A program made the translations under genes and the position numbers. The notes under the pieces were generated by a model that was given only the letters and a program-made list of their open reading frames with translations, ran no database searches and was not told where the DNA came from. A stretch of 64,000 bases of DNA from Raja brachyura (Eukaryota): the NCBI GenBank assembly GCA_963514005.1, contig OY740784.1, forward strand, positions 92,814,001 through 92,878,000, given 5' to 3'. How positions within the stretch are numbered: position 1 is the stretch's first letter; each line of letters begins with the position of its first letter. This document shows positions 52,587-64,000 of the stretch, piece after piece.

Positions 52587-53415
52587 ACGCACGCCCCTTT
52601 GCCCGCTCCTCGCTGCCCGTACCTCGCTGCCCGCTCCCTTCCTCCTTCTCACCCCCCTCCTCCTCCTCTCCCCCTCCTCCTCCTCTCCCCCTCCTCCTCC
52701 TCTCCCCCCTCCTCCTCCTCCTCCCCTTATCTGAAAAATTCATGCATTATTACTCGAGTTATTAATCAAAATGTTCAAAAATCTGAAATGACTTTGAAAA
52801 TAAACGAGATGGTCTCACTGATGACGTCACAATGGGTCTGCTCCGTATGGCCTACTGTGTTCCACACGTTTCCCCCACCTCTCCCTCCTCCCCCCGTTAT
52901 TCAAAAGAGACGCACAAAGAATGAGAAAGTCGGGCCGTGGACTGAACACCAGCTGAAGACTCTCTCTCTCCCCCCGGCCTCGCTCTGCCGCCTGGAGCCT
53001 GGAGCTTGAGCTCGGAGCTGGTGTTGGAGTGAGAGTGTATTGCGCTCGGGAACCAGCCCTCCCCTGTGACGCCGCGCCCCACCCCCCACCCCTCAAACTC
53101 TACCTCCCTCCCTCTCTACCGCCCTCTGTGACCCCCTCCCGCTGCCCGCCCGCCCCTTTGGCCCCCCATCCCCTCTGCCCATGCCCTTCCTCCCTCTGCC
53201 CCTGCCCTCTCTCTGCCCCTACCCTACCAAGTTGTGAGCTGTGCGTGAGTGGATAGGGCGGGGGATGGAGTAAAAGGAGCAAATGAATAATATTAATATA
53301 ATATCAAGGAGGGTGGTTATTGTGTGTGTGTGGGCGGTGGTTTGTGTGTGTGATGCCGCAGGCCGCCACCTCCCCTCGCAACAGCGCGTTGAGGGGACGG
53401 GACCCAACGGTCTAG
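52587..53415 (+). mobile_element. Non-autonomous Helitron-like element, 3' part
   Basis: Ends GGGACCCAACGGTCTAG|T (CTAG 3' end before T, partial hairpin) and shares motifs with 17077-17848. Confidence 0.55.
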
Positions 53416-53419
53416 TTAA

Positions 53420-54752
53420 GTATAAAAGTCAGAAGTCCTGTTTCAGCTGTGTAAAACTTTAGTTACACTACATTCAGAGCAAGGTGTGCAGTTCTGTTTG
53501 TCGTTCTACAGGAAAGATGTGGAAGCTTTGGTGATGGTGCAAAAGAGGTTCAGTTTCAGTTTAGTTTATTGTCACGTGTACCGAGGTACAGTGAAAAGCT
53601 TTTTGTTGCGTGCTGGTCAGCAGAAAGACAATACATGATTACAATCAATCCATTTACAGATACATGATAAGGGAATAATGTTTAGTATAAGGTAAAGCCA
53701 GCAAAGTCTGGTCAAGGATAGTCCGAGGGACATCAGAGGTAGATAGTTGTTGAGCATTGTTGTCAGGATGTGATAGGATGATTCAGTTGCATGATAACTG
53801 CTGGGAAGAAACTGTTCCTGAATCTGGTGGTGTGCGTTTTCACACTACTATACCTTTTGCCTGGTGAGAGAGGGGAGAAGAGGGAGTGGCCAGGGTGTGA
53901 CTCATCCTTGATTATGCTGCTGGCCTTGCCGAGGCAGCGCGAGGTATAAATAGAATCAAAAGAAGGGATGTTTGTGTGATGTCCTGGGCAGCGTTCACAA
54001 TTTGCTGCAATTTCTTACGGTCCTGGATGGTTCCCAAACCAAGCTGTAATGCATCCTGATAAAAAGCTTTCTATGGTGCATCTGTAAAATCTGTAGGGGG
54101 CATGCCAAACTTCCTAAGCCTTCTAAGGAAATAGAGGCATTGGTGTGCTTTCTTGGCTGTTACTTCAATATGGGTGGACCAGAAGTTCACCAGAATGCTG
54201 CCTTGATTGGAGCATATTAGCTTTAAGGAGAGATTGGACAAACTTCGTCGACGTATCTAAAATTATGTTTGGCAGATATAGGGTAGATAGGGCGGAATTG
54301 TCATGTGTTAGACAATGTAAATTTAAGGTGAAAGGGGGCAAGTTTAAAGGAGATTTGCAGATTTTTTTCTTTTTACAGTTTGGTCGATAGAAGCAAATCC
54401 AACAGCAATGTTCAAGGGGCATTTTAGACAGAGGAGCATGTTCAAGGGGCATTTAGACCCTGGCCACACACTCTTCTCCCTGCTACCTTCGGGTAGAAGG
54501 TACAGGAGGCTGAAGACTGCAACAACCCAGTTTAGGAATAGCTACTTCCCCACAGCCATCAGGCTATTAAACTTGGCTCAGAACTCTGAACATTAATATC
54601 CCTCCATCTGTTATTTGCACTTTATTAATTTATGTGTGTATTTACGTATATAATTGTAGTCAATGCCTACTATGTTCTGTTGTGCTATGCAAAGAAAGAT
54701 TTTCATTGTCCTGTCAGGGACACATGACAATGAACTCTTTTGACTTTGACTT
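53420..54752. mobile_element. Composite: CR1 3' fragment (+) interrupted by a Rex 3' fragment (-, ~53550-54175), followed by a Rex tail (+, 54457-54752)
   Basis: CR1-like gtgcagttctg...gaggttca resumes at ~54180. DPGHTLFSLLPSGRRYRRLKT...NSYFPTAIRLLN follows. Confidence 0.7.
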
Positions 54753-54879
54753 TGGAAGAGGCAGGAAATGGAAATACAGATCATTTGCAGGCGGATTGGA
54801 TTCATTAACTTGGTATCATGATCTGCGCGGACATTGTGGCCTGAAGAGCCGGTTCGTGTGCTGTGCTGTTCTATTTTCT

Positions 54880-55124
54880 CATGGCCGTCCGAAGGGGGGG
54901 TGCGTTGGGCGCGACCGCACCCCCCTTTTTTCCACCAGAGTAAGAAAAAATCCTGAGGAAAAAAAAAAAAATCGGAAAAAAATATTCGCGTTTCCAATTT
55001 GTCGGAAAAGCGCCCGAAAGTAAGAAAAAATCCAGAGAGAATTAAAAAAAAAAAAAATCGAGAAAAAAAAATCAGCGTTTCCAATTTGTTGGAAAAGCGC
55101 CCAAAATTCTGGTTCCGGCCGCTG
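54880..55124. mobile_element. Possible MITE with an internal 80-bp tandem duplication
   Basis: Degenerate ends CATGGCCG / CGGCCGCTG, hairpin GGGGTGCG..CGCACCCC, and a duplicated gtaagaaaaaatcc...ggaaaagcgccc unit at 54940 and 55020. Confidence 0.45.
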
Positions 55125-55149
55125 GATGATTTCATAGAATAAAACTGCA

Positions 55150-55293
55150 ACCATCCGCGCCTGCGCAGTTGGGGAAGCGACACAAAATGACGCCGCCTCT
55201 CTGCCTGTGCGCAGTGGGCCCGGGCGGGATCAGTCTGCCATTTGCACTCCACACATTGAGCTCGATGCCTCGTGTTGTCTACTTCAGGTAAGT
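55150..55293 (+). promoter_or_regulatory. Candidate CpG-rich promoter and non-coding first exon
   Basis: NRF1-type GCGCCTGCGCA (55157-55167), a GC box, and a consensus donor CAG|GTAAGT (55285-55293). Confidence 0.4.
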
Positions 55294-55673
55294 AGTGGAA
55301 TATTGTGTTGCAGGAGGGGGAGTCCTTTTTATCCTTGGTTCAAACTACCCTTGAGGGGCTCTAATCTGGCCTGCGGGATAAGGGAGTACCCATTTCTCCG
55401 GGCCGGGGGGGGGGAGGGTGTGGGGTGCGGTGTCTGCCCGCCCGGTCCATCGTCTCCATCCACGGCATCGGAGCCTCACCAATGGCCAGCCTGGCAACCA
55501 GGAGACCGTTCTCCCGTCGCCGGGCGGGAGTGGCTGAATCTGAACCCAGCGGCTGTAACTGCAACACCAGACGCCGCTGCGGCGGGGCCCACTCCCCCTG
55601 CCGCCGAGGCCCAAGCCATCTTCCCCCCACGCCACCCCTGCTGGTCCCACGCCACCCCCGCTGGACCCACGCC

Positions 55674-56276
55674 ACTCCCTGCAAAGATGTACTGTCCCAG
55701 CCTGCTTCAAAGTCTCCACTATCGTCCCTGTACCCGAAAAGGCAAGGATTACTGGTCTTAATGACTACAGGCATGTCGCACTGACCTCTGTAGTCATGAA
55801 GACCGTTGAAAGGCTTGTGCTGGCCAAGCTGAAAAATATCACAATCCCTCTGCTGGACCGTCTGCATTTTGCATATTGGGCCAATAGATCTGTGGATGAC
55901 ACAGTCAATCTGGGCCTACACTTCATCCTCCAGCACCTAGACCGCCAGGGGACCTATGCGAGGATTTTGTTTGTTGATTTTAGCTCTGCATTCAACACCA
56001 TTGTGCCAGAGCTATTACACTCCAAACTTTCTTAGTTGACTGTGCCTGAACCCCTCTGTCGGTGGATCACCACCTTTCTGACAGACAGGAAGCAGCATGT
56101 GAGACGGGAAAGCATATCTCGGACCTGCAAACGCTCAGAATAGGAGCGCCGCAAGATGCGTACTCTCCCCTTTCCTCTACTCTCGGCACGCCAATGACTG
56201 CACCACCACAGACACCTTTGTCAAGCTTCTCAAGTTTGCGGACAACACAACCTTGATTGGACTGATCCAGGATGGG
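55674..56276 (+). mobile_element. Rex1/Babar RT fragment (same family as 30674-33560)
   Basis: Near-identical to 32165-32770: [16 protein letters not shown]...[16 protein letters not shown]. Confidence 0.88.
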
Positions 56277-56490
56277 GATCTCTGTACTCTTTTCAGTTTG
56301 ACATCTTTCCTATAACATGGTGCCCAGAACTGAACACAATATTCTAAAAGCGGTCTCACCAACGTCTTATACAACTGCAACATGACCTCCCAACTTTTAT
56401 ATTCAATACTCTGACTGATGAAGGCCAAAGTGCCAAAATACGTTTTGACCACCTGATATACCTGCGACACGACCTTCAAGGAACCATGCA
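56277..56490 (-). mobile_element. CR1-like fragment
   Basis: [21 protein letters not shown]. Confidence 0.75.
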
Positions 56491-57880
56491 ATGATCAACC
56501 ATTCCTCGGCTAATTGATCCAGATCCCAGGGGCTTTGATGTAATCATAGAAACAGGCCCGTACGAAGCCTCCTCAGATATTCCCAGGTCACTGGAAACTG
56601 TAAAGCCATGATGTTTTGGAGTTTTCCTAGCCTAGAATTAAGGGCCTGTCCCACCAGCATGCAACTCTATGTGATTAGCGCGACCTAACGTGGTCGCTTG
56701 AGAAGAGGAAGATTAGAGAATGCTGTAAGAAGAGGAAGTGATGGAGAAGGGGAATGAGAGAACGGCAGCACAATTGTCATTCATCCCAACATGGATTAGA
56801 TAATTCATATTTATAAAGAAAACATGCTGTCCACTACAAATCATAACAGGATGCCCATTTTTTTGTTTAATATCTCTGACCTGAGCACCTAAACTATACG
56901 TCCTTGATTAGTCCGAAGCTAAATGACTGCAGAATAAGTAAGGACCCAGCACACCTGACAGGCACACAATCTCAGAATATTTTCATCAGCAGTGAATACT
57001 TCCAGTTTTCCACTGATTTCTCAATTAATCAAAATTCACTTTGGAGCATTCCTCCCAGAGGGGAATTCCAGGAGAGGCCAAAAACCTTCCTGGAATTTCC
57101 CATTGGCAGAACAAGCTCTGCCTCTGACATGCCCCATTCACAATTGATTCTATATTTGAAGTATAATGTTGGCAACGCTTACGGAAACGTATGCCATACT
57201 TTTGAAGTTTCTCTTTTCTACTAATGATAACTCTGGATTGTGTTGCTTTTATGTTAGAATGACACTGTCGAAACAGCTCAAGAGGCAAGATTTTTTGCTT
57301 TCACTTTTACTCATTGAACACAGAAAATGCAATTAACAACAAATCATTCCATCTTAATTAATCAACAGCTGCTCCAAGAAATAACGATGCTCCTGACCAG
57401 TTAATTATTTCCAGGAAGTTATTTTCATTATTCAGTGTTCCACATATAAAATATCTAAATTGTTATTTATAAGGACCAGTGACAAATGAATAACCCTGCT
57501 TCCCATATCAGATGATGCGGCATGCTTCAAAATGAACTTCAGAAGTATGTATTGACAAGGCTATCTCATCATTGTTTCCATTCAGGAGAAATTCACCAAT
57601 CATCCTGTACTTTCCATTCTACATTGGCTTCTGGTCCAGAATCATCTCATGTTTAAAATTCTCATTCTTGTTTTCAAATATCTCTTTGATTTTGCCCTTC
57701 CACTTTTTTCTCTCTGTCATCTCCTACTACCGTACAACTCTGTGAAAAATCTGCATTCCACCAATTCCAGCCTCTTGATGATCCCATTTTGATTCTCCTC
57801 AATGGCAGTCATTACTTCAACTATTTAGATTCCGAGCTCTGTAATGCATTTCATTCCAAGGACTTTTGGCAGAAGAATGA

Positions 57881-58195
57881 ATGCAGCAGCATCTAAGGAG
57901 CGAAGGAGATAGGCGATGTTTCGGGTCGAGACCCTTCTTCCCTGCAATAGAGATGGTGAGGTCAAGGAATGGTAGGGAAATGTCGGAAATGGTCCAAGTG
58001 TATTTGAGTGCCGGATGGAAGTTGGTGGTGAAATGGATGAAGTCAGTCAGTGTGTGTGGGTGTGGGAAGAAGGGTCTCGACCCGAAATGTCGCCTATCTC
58101 CTTCGCTCCTTAGATGCTGCTGCACCCGCTGAGTTTCTCCAGCCTTTTGTGTACCCTCGATTCTCCAGCATCTGCAGTTCCTTCTTTAACACCTA
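57881..58195. mobile_element. Penelope RT fragment bracketed by inverted Penelope terminal repeats
   Basis: Inverted repeat 57881-57941 / 58065-58125. The inner minus-strand peptide is FIHFTTNFHPALKYTWTISDISLPFLDL (PLE RT). Confidence 0.8.
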
Positions 58196-59334
58196 GTAGC
58201 TTTGAGTTCAGCATGAAAATCACAGCTCTTGGAAAGCACAAAGATAGATATCGCAGAACTCCTTTTATTACATCACCAGATTTATGGGAGGCATATCTCA
58301 CACCCATCCAATGTATTTGCATCTTTTAATTTCAGTGACACTTGTTTTATTTCTATTTCTGTCTTACTGAATAGATACATTGAAATAGCTATTCACAAAA
58401 GACAGCAAAAAAGCTAACTTTGCTTCATGTTTACTGTCGTAAATAATAGCGTTAACATAACATCAGATATCATTCTAAGCATAACCAATTTTGGATTTGT
58501 AAGACTTACATTTTGGGAATCTATTAAAATACTGAATCTGAGAAAATTCCATGGCACAGTTGCAGTGATACAACATCATTTTGGTTTTTGATCAACATCA
58601 AAATTCAGTTAGAACAAGCACTGTTGAAACAAGGCCCAATGTAAGCTTCAGGCATAACACCTTATCTTCTTCCAGGGAATGTTGCAGCTTTCCAGAATTA
58701 TTGAATTCTACAACTTCCGAGAACTCACTTAGTCCAGATCTGGTCAGGCCAGGTCATCCATCTGTAATATTGGCTTAGAATATCTCTCTTCAGTCGTGCA
58801 GCCCAACCTGCAGGGCATATCCCAAATCCCTTCATTTTGCATCACTTACATTCCAGGGTTTGTGCTATAGCTTTTGTAAACAATGACCATGCGTCCTCCC
58901 TCCAACTGCCCACATCAACCGGAAGACCTCATTTATACTTTACCCTGAGGGCAACCCTAGCCTGACCTTCTTTGATTTATCTATCCCTCCCACCCAGTTT
59001 GATATCAATTTACTTACTCTCCTTAGTTCTTTGAACTGAAGCATTAAATCGATTTCTCTTCCTAGATTTGCTGCCTGATCTGCTGAGTGTTTCTAGTACT
59101 TTCTGTTTTTATTTCATATTTTCCGTTTCTGCAGCTTATTTTAAATTATCATTTATCATTCAATCTCTTCAATTCAGTATCTGTCCTTGTGAGGCAGCAA
59201 TCAAAAGGGGCCGAATAAAAGTAAAAAATGAAAGTGTTGCACTGGTTATGGTATAATATTTCCTCTCTTCAGGCATTGACATTTGTTAACCACACCTTCC
59301 TCTTCCCAATCCTCTGTGGCACATCAGTGAGTTA

Positions 59335-59850
59335 ATTCTACACAGCCATCATAGAGTCTGTTCTCACCTTCTCCATCATGGTCTGGTTTGGCTCAGCCAC
59401 CAAGCACGACACCTGGAGGCTTCAGCAAATCCTCCGATTAGCAGAGAAGGTTATTAGCTGCAACCTTCCCTCCAAATATGAACTGTACACTTCAAGGGCC
59501 AGGATGCGAGTGGGCAAGATCATCTCTGACCCCTCTCACCTTGGCCACAAACTCTTTGAATCACTTCCCTCTGGAAGGCGACTCTGGATTGTCAAAGCTG
59601 CCACAGCCAGACATAAAAACAGTTTTTATCCACGAGTAGTTGCTCTACTCAACAGCCAAAAATCTGTAGCCTCCCTTTGATCTGGTATTTTGTTGGTTCA
59701 CATGCTTGATTAATGGTGTTTTATCATTAATGTTTAGTGTTTTCGGAGTCATTCGTAACTGTCACTATGCCATGTGGTTACTTGTGGGTGGAGCATCAAG
59801 GCAAATTCCTTATATGTGAATAATTGGCCAATAAATTTACTTAACTCATT
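59335..59850 (+). mobile_element. Rex1/Babar 3' fragment
   Basis: VWFGSATKH...SLPSGRRL...NSFYPR, homologous to 33080-33550. Confidence 0.8.
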
Positions 59851-61109
59851 TCTTGTTGCCTGTCTGATCATTATTGATGCATTTCCCGTAAACCATCATA
59901 CTGGTTCTTCCAGTATTCTCCAAACATAAATTCTTGGACCATGCCAGTTTCTTATCTTGTCAGTTATATTAATCACAACGTGACTCACAGCACCCAGGTC
60001 CTTCTTGCCACTATCTTGATTGGCTTCTCACTCAATTTTATCATATCGCCCATTCAAGGAGTGGGCAGTATAAACAACTGACCCGAGAACCCCTCAGTGG
60101 TGACCTACGGTATCTTCACTTCAAGTTGTCCAAAACCATAAGAAAGTGCATGTCAGTCCTGTTCCACTTGCAGAAAACTAATTGTAATTTTTATTTGTAG
60201 GTCGGAGTATGAAACAACAATGAGTGGACCTCAGGCCGATTAGTGTCCTTTCTGCATTAGAGTTGAATGGGACGAGGTCTCTCTCTCCACATGCAACATT
60301 CCTTTTGGAACTTTGCAGATGCCAGTCGAACCAGGAGAAGTTAAAATATGCCAGGCTTCTTTTTACTGTAATGAGTGTGTTTTAAATCGATATCAAACTC
60401 ACCAGCCAAATGCTGGCCTCCAGTTAAGTGTGAAATCTAATTATTGAGGGAGTTACATCTTCTTCCACTAATCAACCACCCTCCAAATATTGGTACTGTC
60501 AGCAAACTTTTTAATTGTGGGCTCTATAATTGTCTACATCACTTATATCACATCCAGGGGGTTACGATTTCAGCATGAGAGTGATCCTGAAGATAAATGG
60601 GTTAACATATGAGGAGACACTTGGGGGCTCTGGTCCTATACTCGCTGGAGTTTAGAAGAAAGAGGGTGGTGAATCTGTGGAATTCAGATGGCTGTGGAGG
60701 CCCGGACATTGGATATTTTTAAGGCAGAGATTGAAAGGTTCTTGATTAGGAATTGTATCAAAGGTTATGGAGAAAGGCAGGAGAATGCAGATGAGGGGAA
60801 AAATAGATCAGCCTTGATTGAATGGCAAAGTAGACTCGGTGGGTTGAAAGACCTAATTGTGAGTCTTAAGAGGGAGTTACTTAAGCCTTAGAGGAGGTGA
60901 TGTATCTTCACTGCATGTGTGGTACATCTTTGTAATTCTCTACCCTGAAGTGCAATGAAGACTTCCTCAGAGTTTACTAAGAAGGGTGGCTGATAGATTT
61001 CTAGACATTTAGAGTATAATTATATAAAACACACATGGTAGAACAACATGCTGTACTCTGCTCAGCCTTGACAATCCACTCAAGCCAATTCTTGGCAGTA
61101 CTCATACCC

Positions 61110-61830
61110 CGGCATACATTCACGGCGCCGACGTAGAGATGGTTGAAAGCTTCAATCCTTATGAGTAAATGTCACATGCAGCTTGTCCTGGACCAGCCAT
61201 ATCAAAGCAATGGCCAAGAAAGCACACCAATGTCTCTACGTCTTTAGAAGGCTTAGGAAGTTTGGCATGTCTCCAAAAATTCTCACCAACATCTACAGTT
61301 GCACCATAGAAAACATTTTATTGGGGTGCGTCACAGCATGGCCCAGGAACAGCTCCACCGTAGACCGCAAGATGTTGCAGAGAGTTGTGGACATAGCCCA
61401 GAACATCACACAAACAAACTTCCCTTCCATTGACTCCATCTACACCTCATGCTACCCCAACAAGGCCACCAGCATAATAAAGGACCAGTTTCATCCTGGT
61501 CACTCCCTCTTCTCCCTTCTCCCATCAGGCAAGAGGTGTAGAAGTGTGAAAACATATACCTCCAAATTCAGGGATAGTTCTTTCCAACTGTTCTCTACAG
61601 AACCATCCTATCACCAAAGAGAGAGCAGTCCTGATCTATCATCTATCTCATTGGATACCCTCAGACTGTCTTTAATTGGACCTTATCTTACATTATTCTC
61701 TTTTCCTGTATCTGTATACTGTGGACGACTTGATTATAATCCTGTACAATCTTTTCACCGACTGGATAGCACGCAACAAAAGGCTTTTTACTGTACCTCA
61801 GTACACCTGACAATAATAAACGAAACTAAA
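61110..61830 (+). mobile_element. Rex1/Babar 3' fragment
   Basis: KKAHQCLYVFRRLRKFGMSP...YSCTIENIL...LLPSGKR. Confidence 0.8.
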
Positions 61831-62267
61831 ACTGCTCCCTGCTCGATTCCCGAGTGGTGAAGGGAACAGAGGTTCAATTGGTGCAGTTGCCGAAGAACAC
61901 AAATCGCTTTTGCTGCAATTGCATCTGGTCCACGAGTTCTGTTCAACCTGGTCGCAGATACCGATCAAATGGTCTGAACCAAAGGTGCAAAGTACAAGAA
62001 GGCTCTGATTTGCTGCATGAGATCATTGGCCCTCTTATGCTGCATCTGATAAACATTAAACAACAAATAAACCTGATGTTGAAACATAAGGTTTATTTGT
62101 TGTTTGAAACAATTTTAGGCTCTGTAATTCCTCCTTACTCTTTATTTGTTCTACTGATGTGGACCTGACCACATATTGTTAGAAGAAAATTGAAATTTTA
62201 CATTAGAAAGGGAATCTGGCCATGTTACACCATGAAGTCTTGGCTCCGGGAAATACCAAATAATAAA

Positions 62268-62398
62268 TGTAAGAAGGGTCTCGACCCAAAACGTCACCCA
62301 CTCCTTCTCTCCAGGGATGCTGCCTGTCCCGCTGAGTTACTCTGGGTTTTTGTGTCTATCTTCGGTTTAAAACAGCATCTGCAGTTCCTCCTTACACA
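62268..62398 (+). mobile_element. Penelope-derived short repeat with a degenerate hammerhead core
   Basis: aagaagggtctcgacccaaaacgtcacc...gctgagttactc...cagcatctgcagttcc. Confidence 0.65.
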
Positions 62399-62554
62399 AA
62401 ATAATAATGTAACATTCTACTCAACATTCACATACCAAAGATAGCTCCTCTAGTATCTTTGACACACGCCAACCACTTCGAAAATCTCGCGATCGTTTAA
62501 AAAAAACAAAAAAAATGGGGAGGATTACTTTCAAGTCAGGGCGGAACTTTTTCC

Positions 62555-62730
62555 ACAGCGCGGAGGAAGCGCTCTGACGCCCGATTGTGACGTCCGCGCC
62601 TGTGCACGCGCTGGCACGGGGCTTCGCCGATCGGTTGGCTGGGCGAGCGCGAGGGAGGAAAGCGGGCGTGCGCCGCCGGAAGTGACGCGGGCGCACCTAT
62701 AAATAACGGCGAGTCTACCCGTTTGACCCT
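62555..62730 (+). promoter_or_regulatory. PABPC1: PABPC1 core promoter within a CpG island
   Basis: CRE-like TGACGTC (62588-62594), ETS-CRE CCGGAAGTGACG (62676-62687), TATAAATA (62698-62705), and a pyrimidine start CCCTCC about 30 nt downstream. Confidence 0.75.
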
Positions 62731-62824
62731 CCGATCCCCGGCTGTGTGTGTGTCCGTGTGCACCAGGCTCGATCCGAGCTCTCTCGTCAGCACACTTTTC
62801 TGTTCTCTCTCTATATATAAATGG

Positions 62825-63025
62825 TTTAAAAAAATAGAAAAAAATTTAAAAAAGCGGAAAAATCTTAACCCAAAAAAAATTTAAAAAGAAAATCCCATAA
62901 AAAAAAAAAAAGGCGGTCGGGGGTTTTAAGGAAAAATAAAAGGCAAAAAAAAAAAAAGCACCGGAGTCAACGAGAAGATTCTCAACGTCTCGGAACTCGA
63001 GAGGAAAAAAATTAAAAAAAAAGAA
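62825..63025 (+). promoter_or_regulatory. PABPC1: A-rich autoregulatory sequence (ARS) in the PABPC1 5'UTR
   Basis: Many oligo-A runs separated by short spacers, lying between the promoter and the ATG, as in the known mammalian PABPC1 ARS. Confidence 0.8.
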
Positions 63026-63295
63026 ACCGACGACTCGACAAGCAAAGGAACCCGCGAGGAACGGCTCTGAATCGTCACCAACCACCGCAGGCGCCGCCAT
63101 CTCCTCCCGGGACCCCCTCGCCGCCCGCCCGCCCGCCGCCGCCGCCGATCGACGCCGTGCCAGGCTCCTGCCACCGCGCCGCCCACAGCTGACATCTCCT
63201 TCTCTGACCTCTTCTGAGTTAAATCTGGTAACCCGTTCCTTCTCAACCTTCAACGACAAACAAAATTGGGAAAAAAGGAGCCCCGCACCGAGTGA

Positions 63296-63751
<456 letters not shown>

Positions 63752-64000
63752 TGAAAGGCGTTCCTGGGTTGGGGCGGATGAATGGGTGTTGGATTTTGTA
63801 AAATATCATTTCTTGACACGGGGGTCCAGCTCCTGTTAATGAGCTGATTGAACCATTTTGTGTGGCGGAAAAACTCGCCCTAGTGGTCATGTGGGAGTGG
63901 CCTTGCATTTCGACAACTTGGTGCGTACCTAACAGCATGGTTGCAGATTATCGCAGAGAAACAGATCTGTTTCTTTGCAATGACCTCGTCTCCCACCCTA

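Noticed and set aside
54835-54855. Histone 3' stem-loop-like GGCTCTTCAGGCCAC on the minus strand
   Set aside because: It lacks the 6-bp stem and 4-nt loop geometry, and there is no histone ORF upstream.
56638-56700. Harbinger-like end TTAAGGGCCTGTCCCAC pairing with GTGGGACAGGCCCTT at ~25258
   Set aside because: The two ends are 31 kb apart and face away from each other. They are best read as independent fragments, not one element.

Overview
Vertebrate, repeat-dense intergenic DNA with no prokaryotic features. The host is most likely a cartilaginous fish (skate or ray), inferred from HER1/HE1-type CR1 tails and V-SINE-like repeats. The window ends in the CpG-island promoter, A-rich 5'UTR and first coding exon of PABPC1 (63341-63533, +), the only host gene I can support. 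The rest is a heavily nested transposon landscape. LTR elements: two Gypsy elements (one with an internal inversion) and a solo LTR. Tyrosine-recombinase element: a DIRS-type retroelement with near-intact termini and ICR but decayed ORFs. DNA elements: a decayed P-element/THAP9-like transposase, hAT-like MITEs and Helitron-like elements. Non-LTR elements: many CR1, Rex1/Babar and L1/Tx1 LINE fragments, tRNA-derived SINEs, and Penelope-derived repeats carrying minimal hammerhead-ribozyme motifs. There is also a 35-bp minisatellite. Most ORFs in the supplied track are TE fragments or spurious. Repeat boundaries were read by eye and are approximate unless a terminal motif is quoted.
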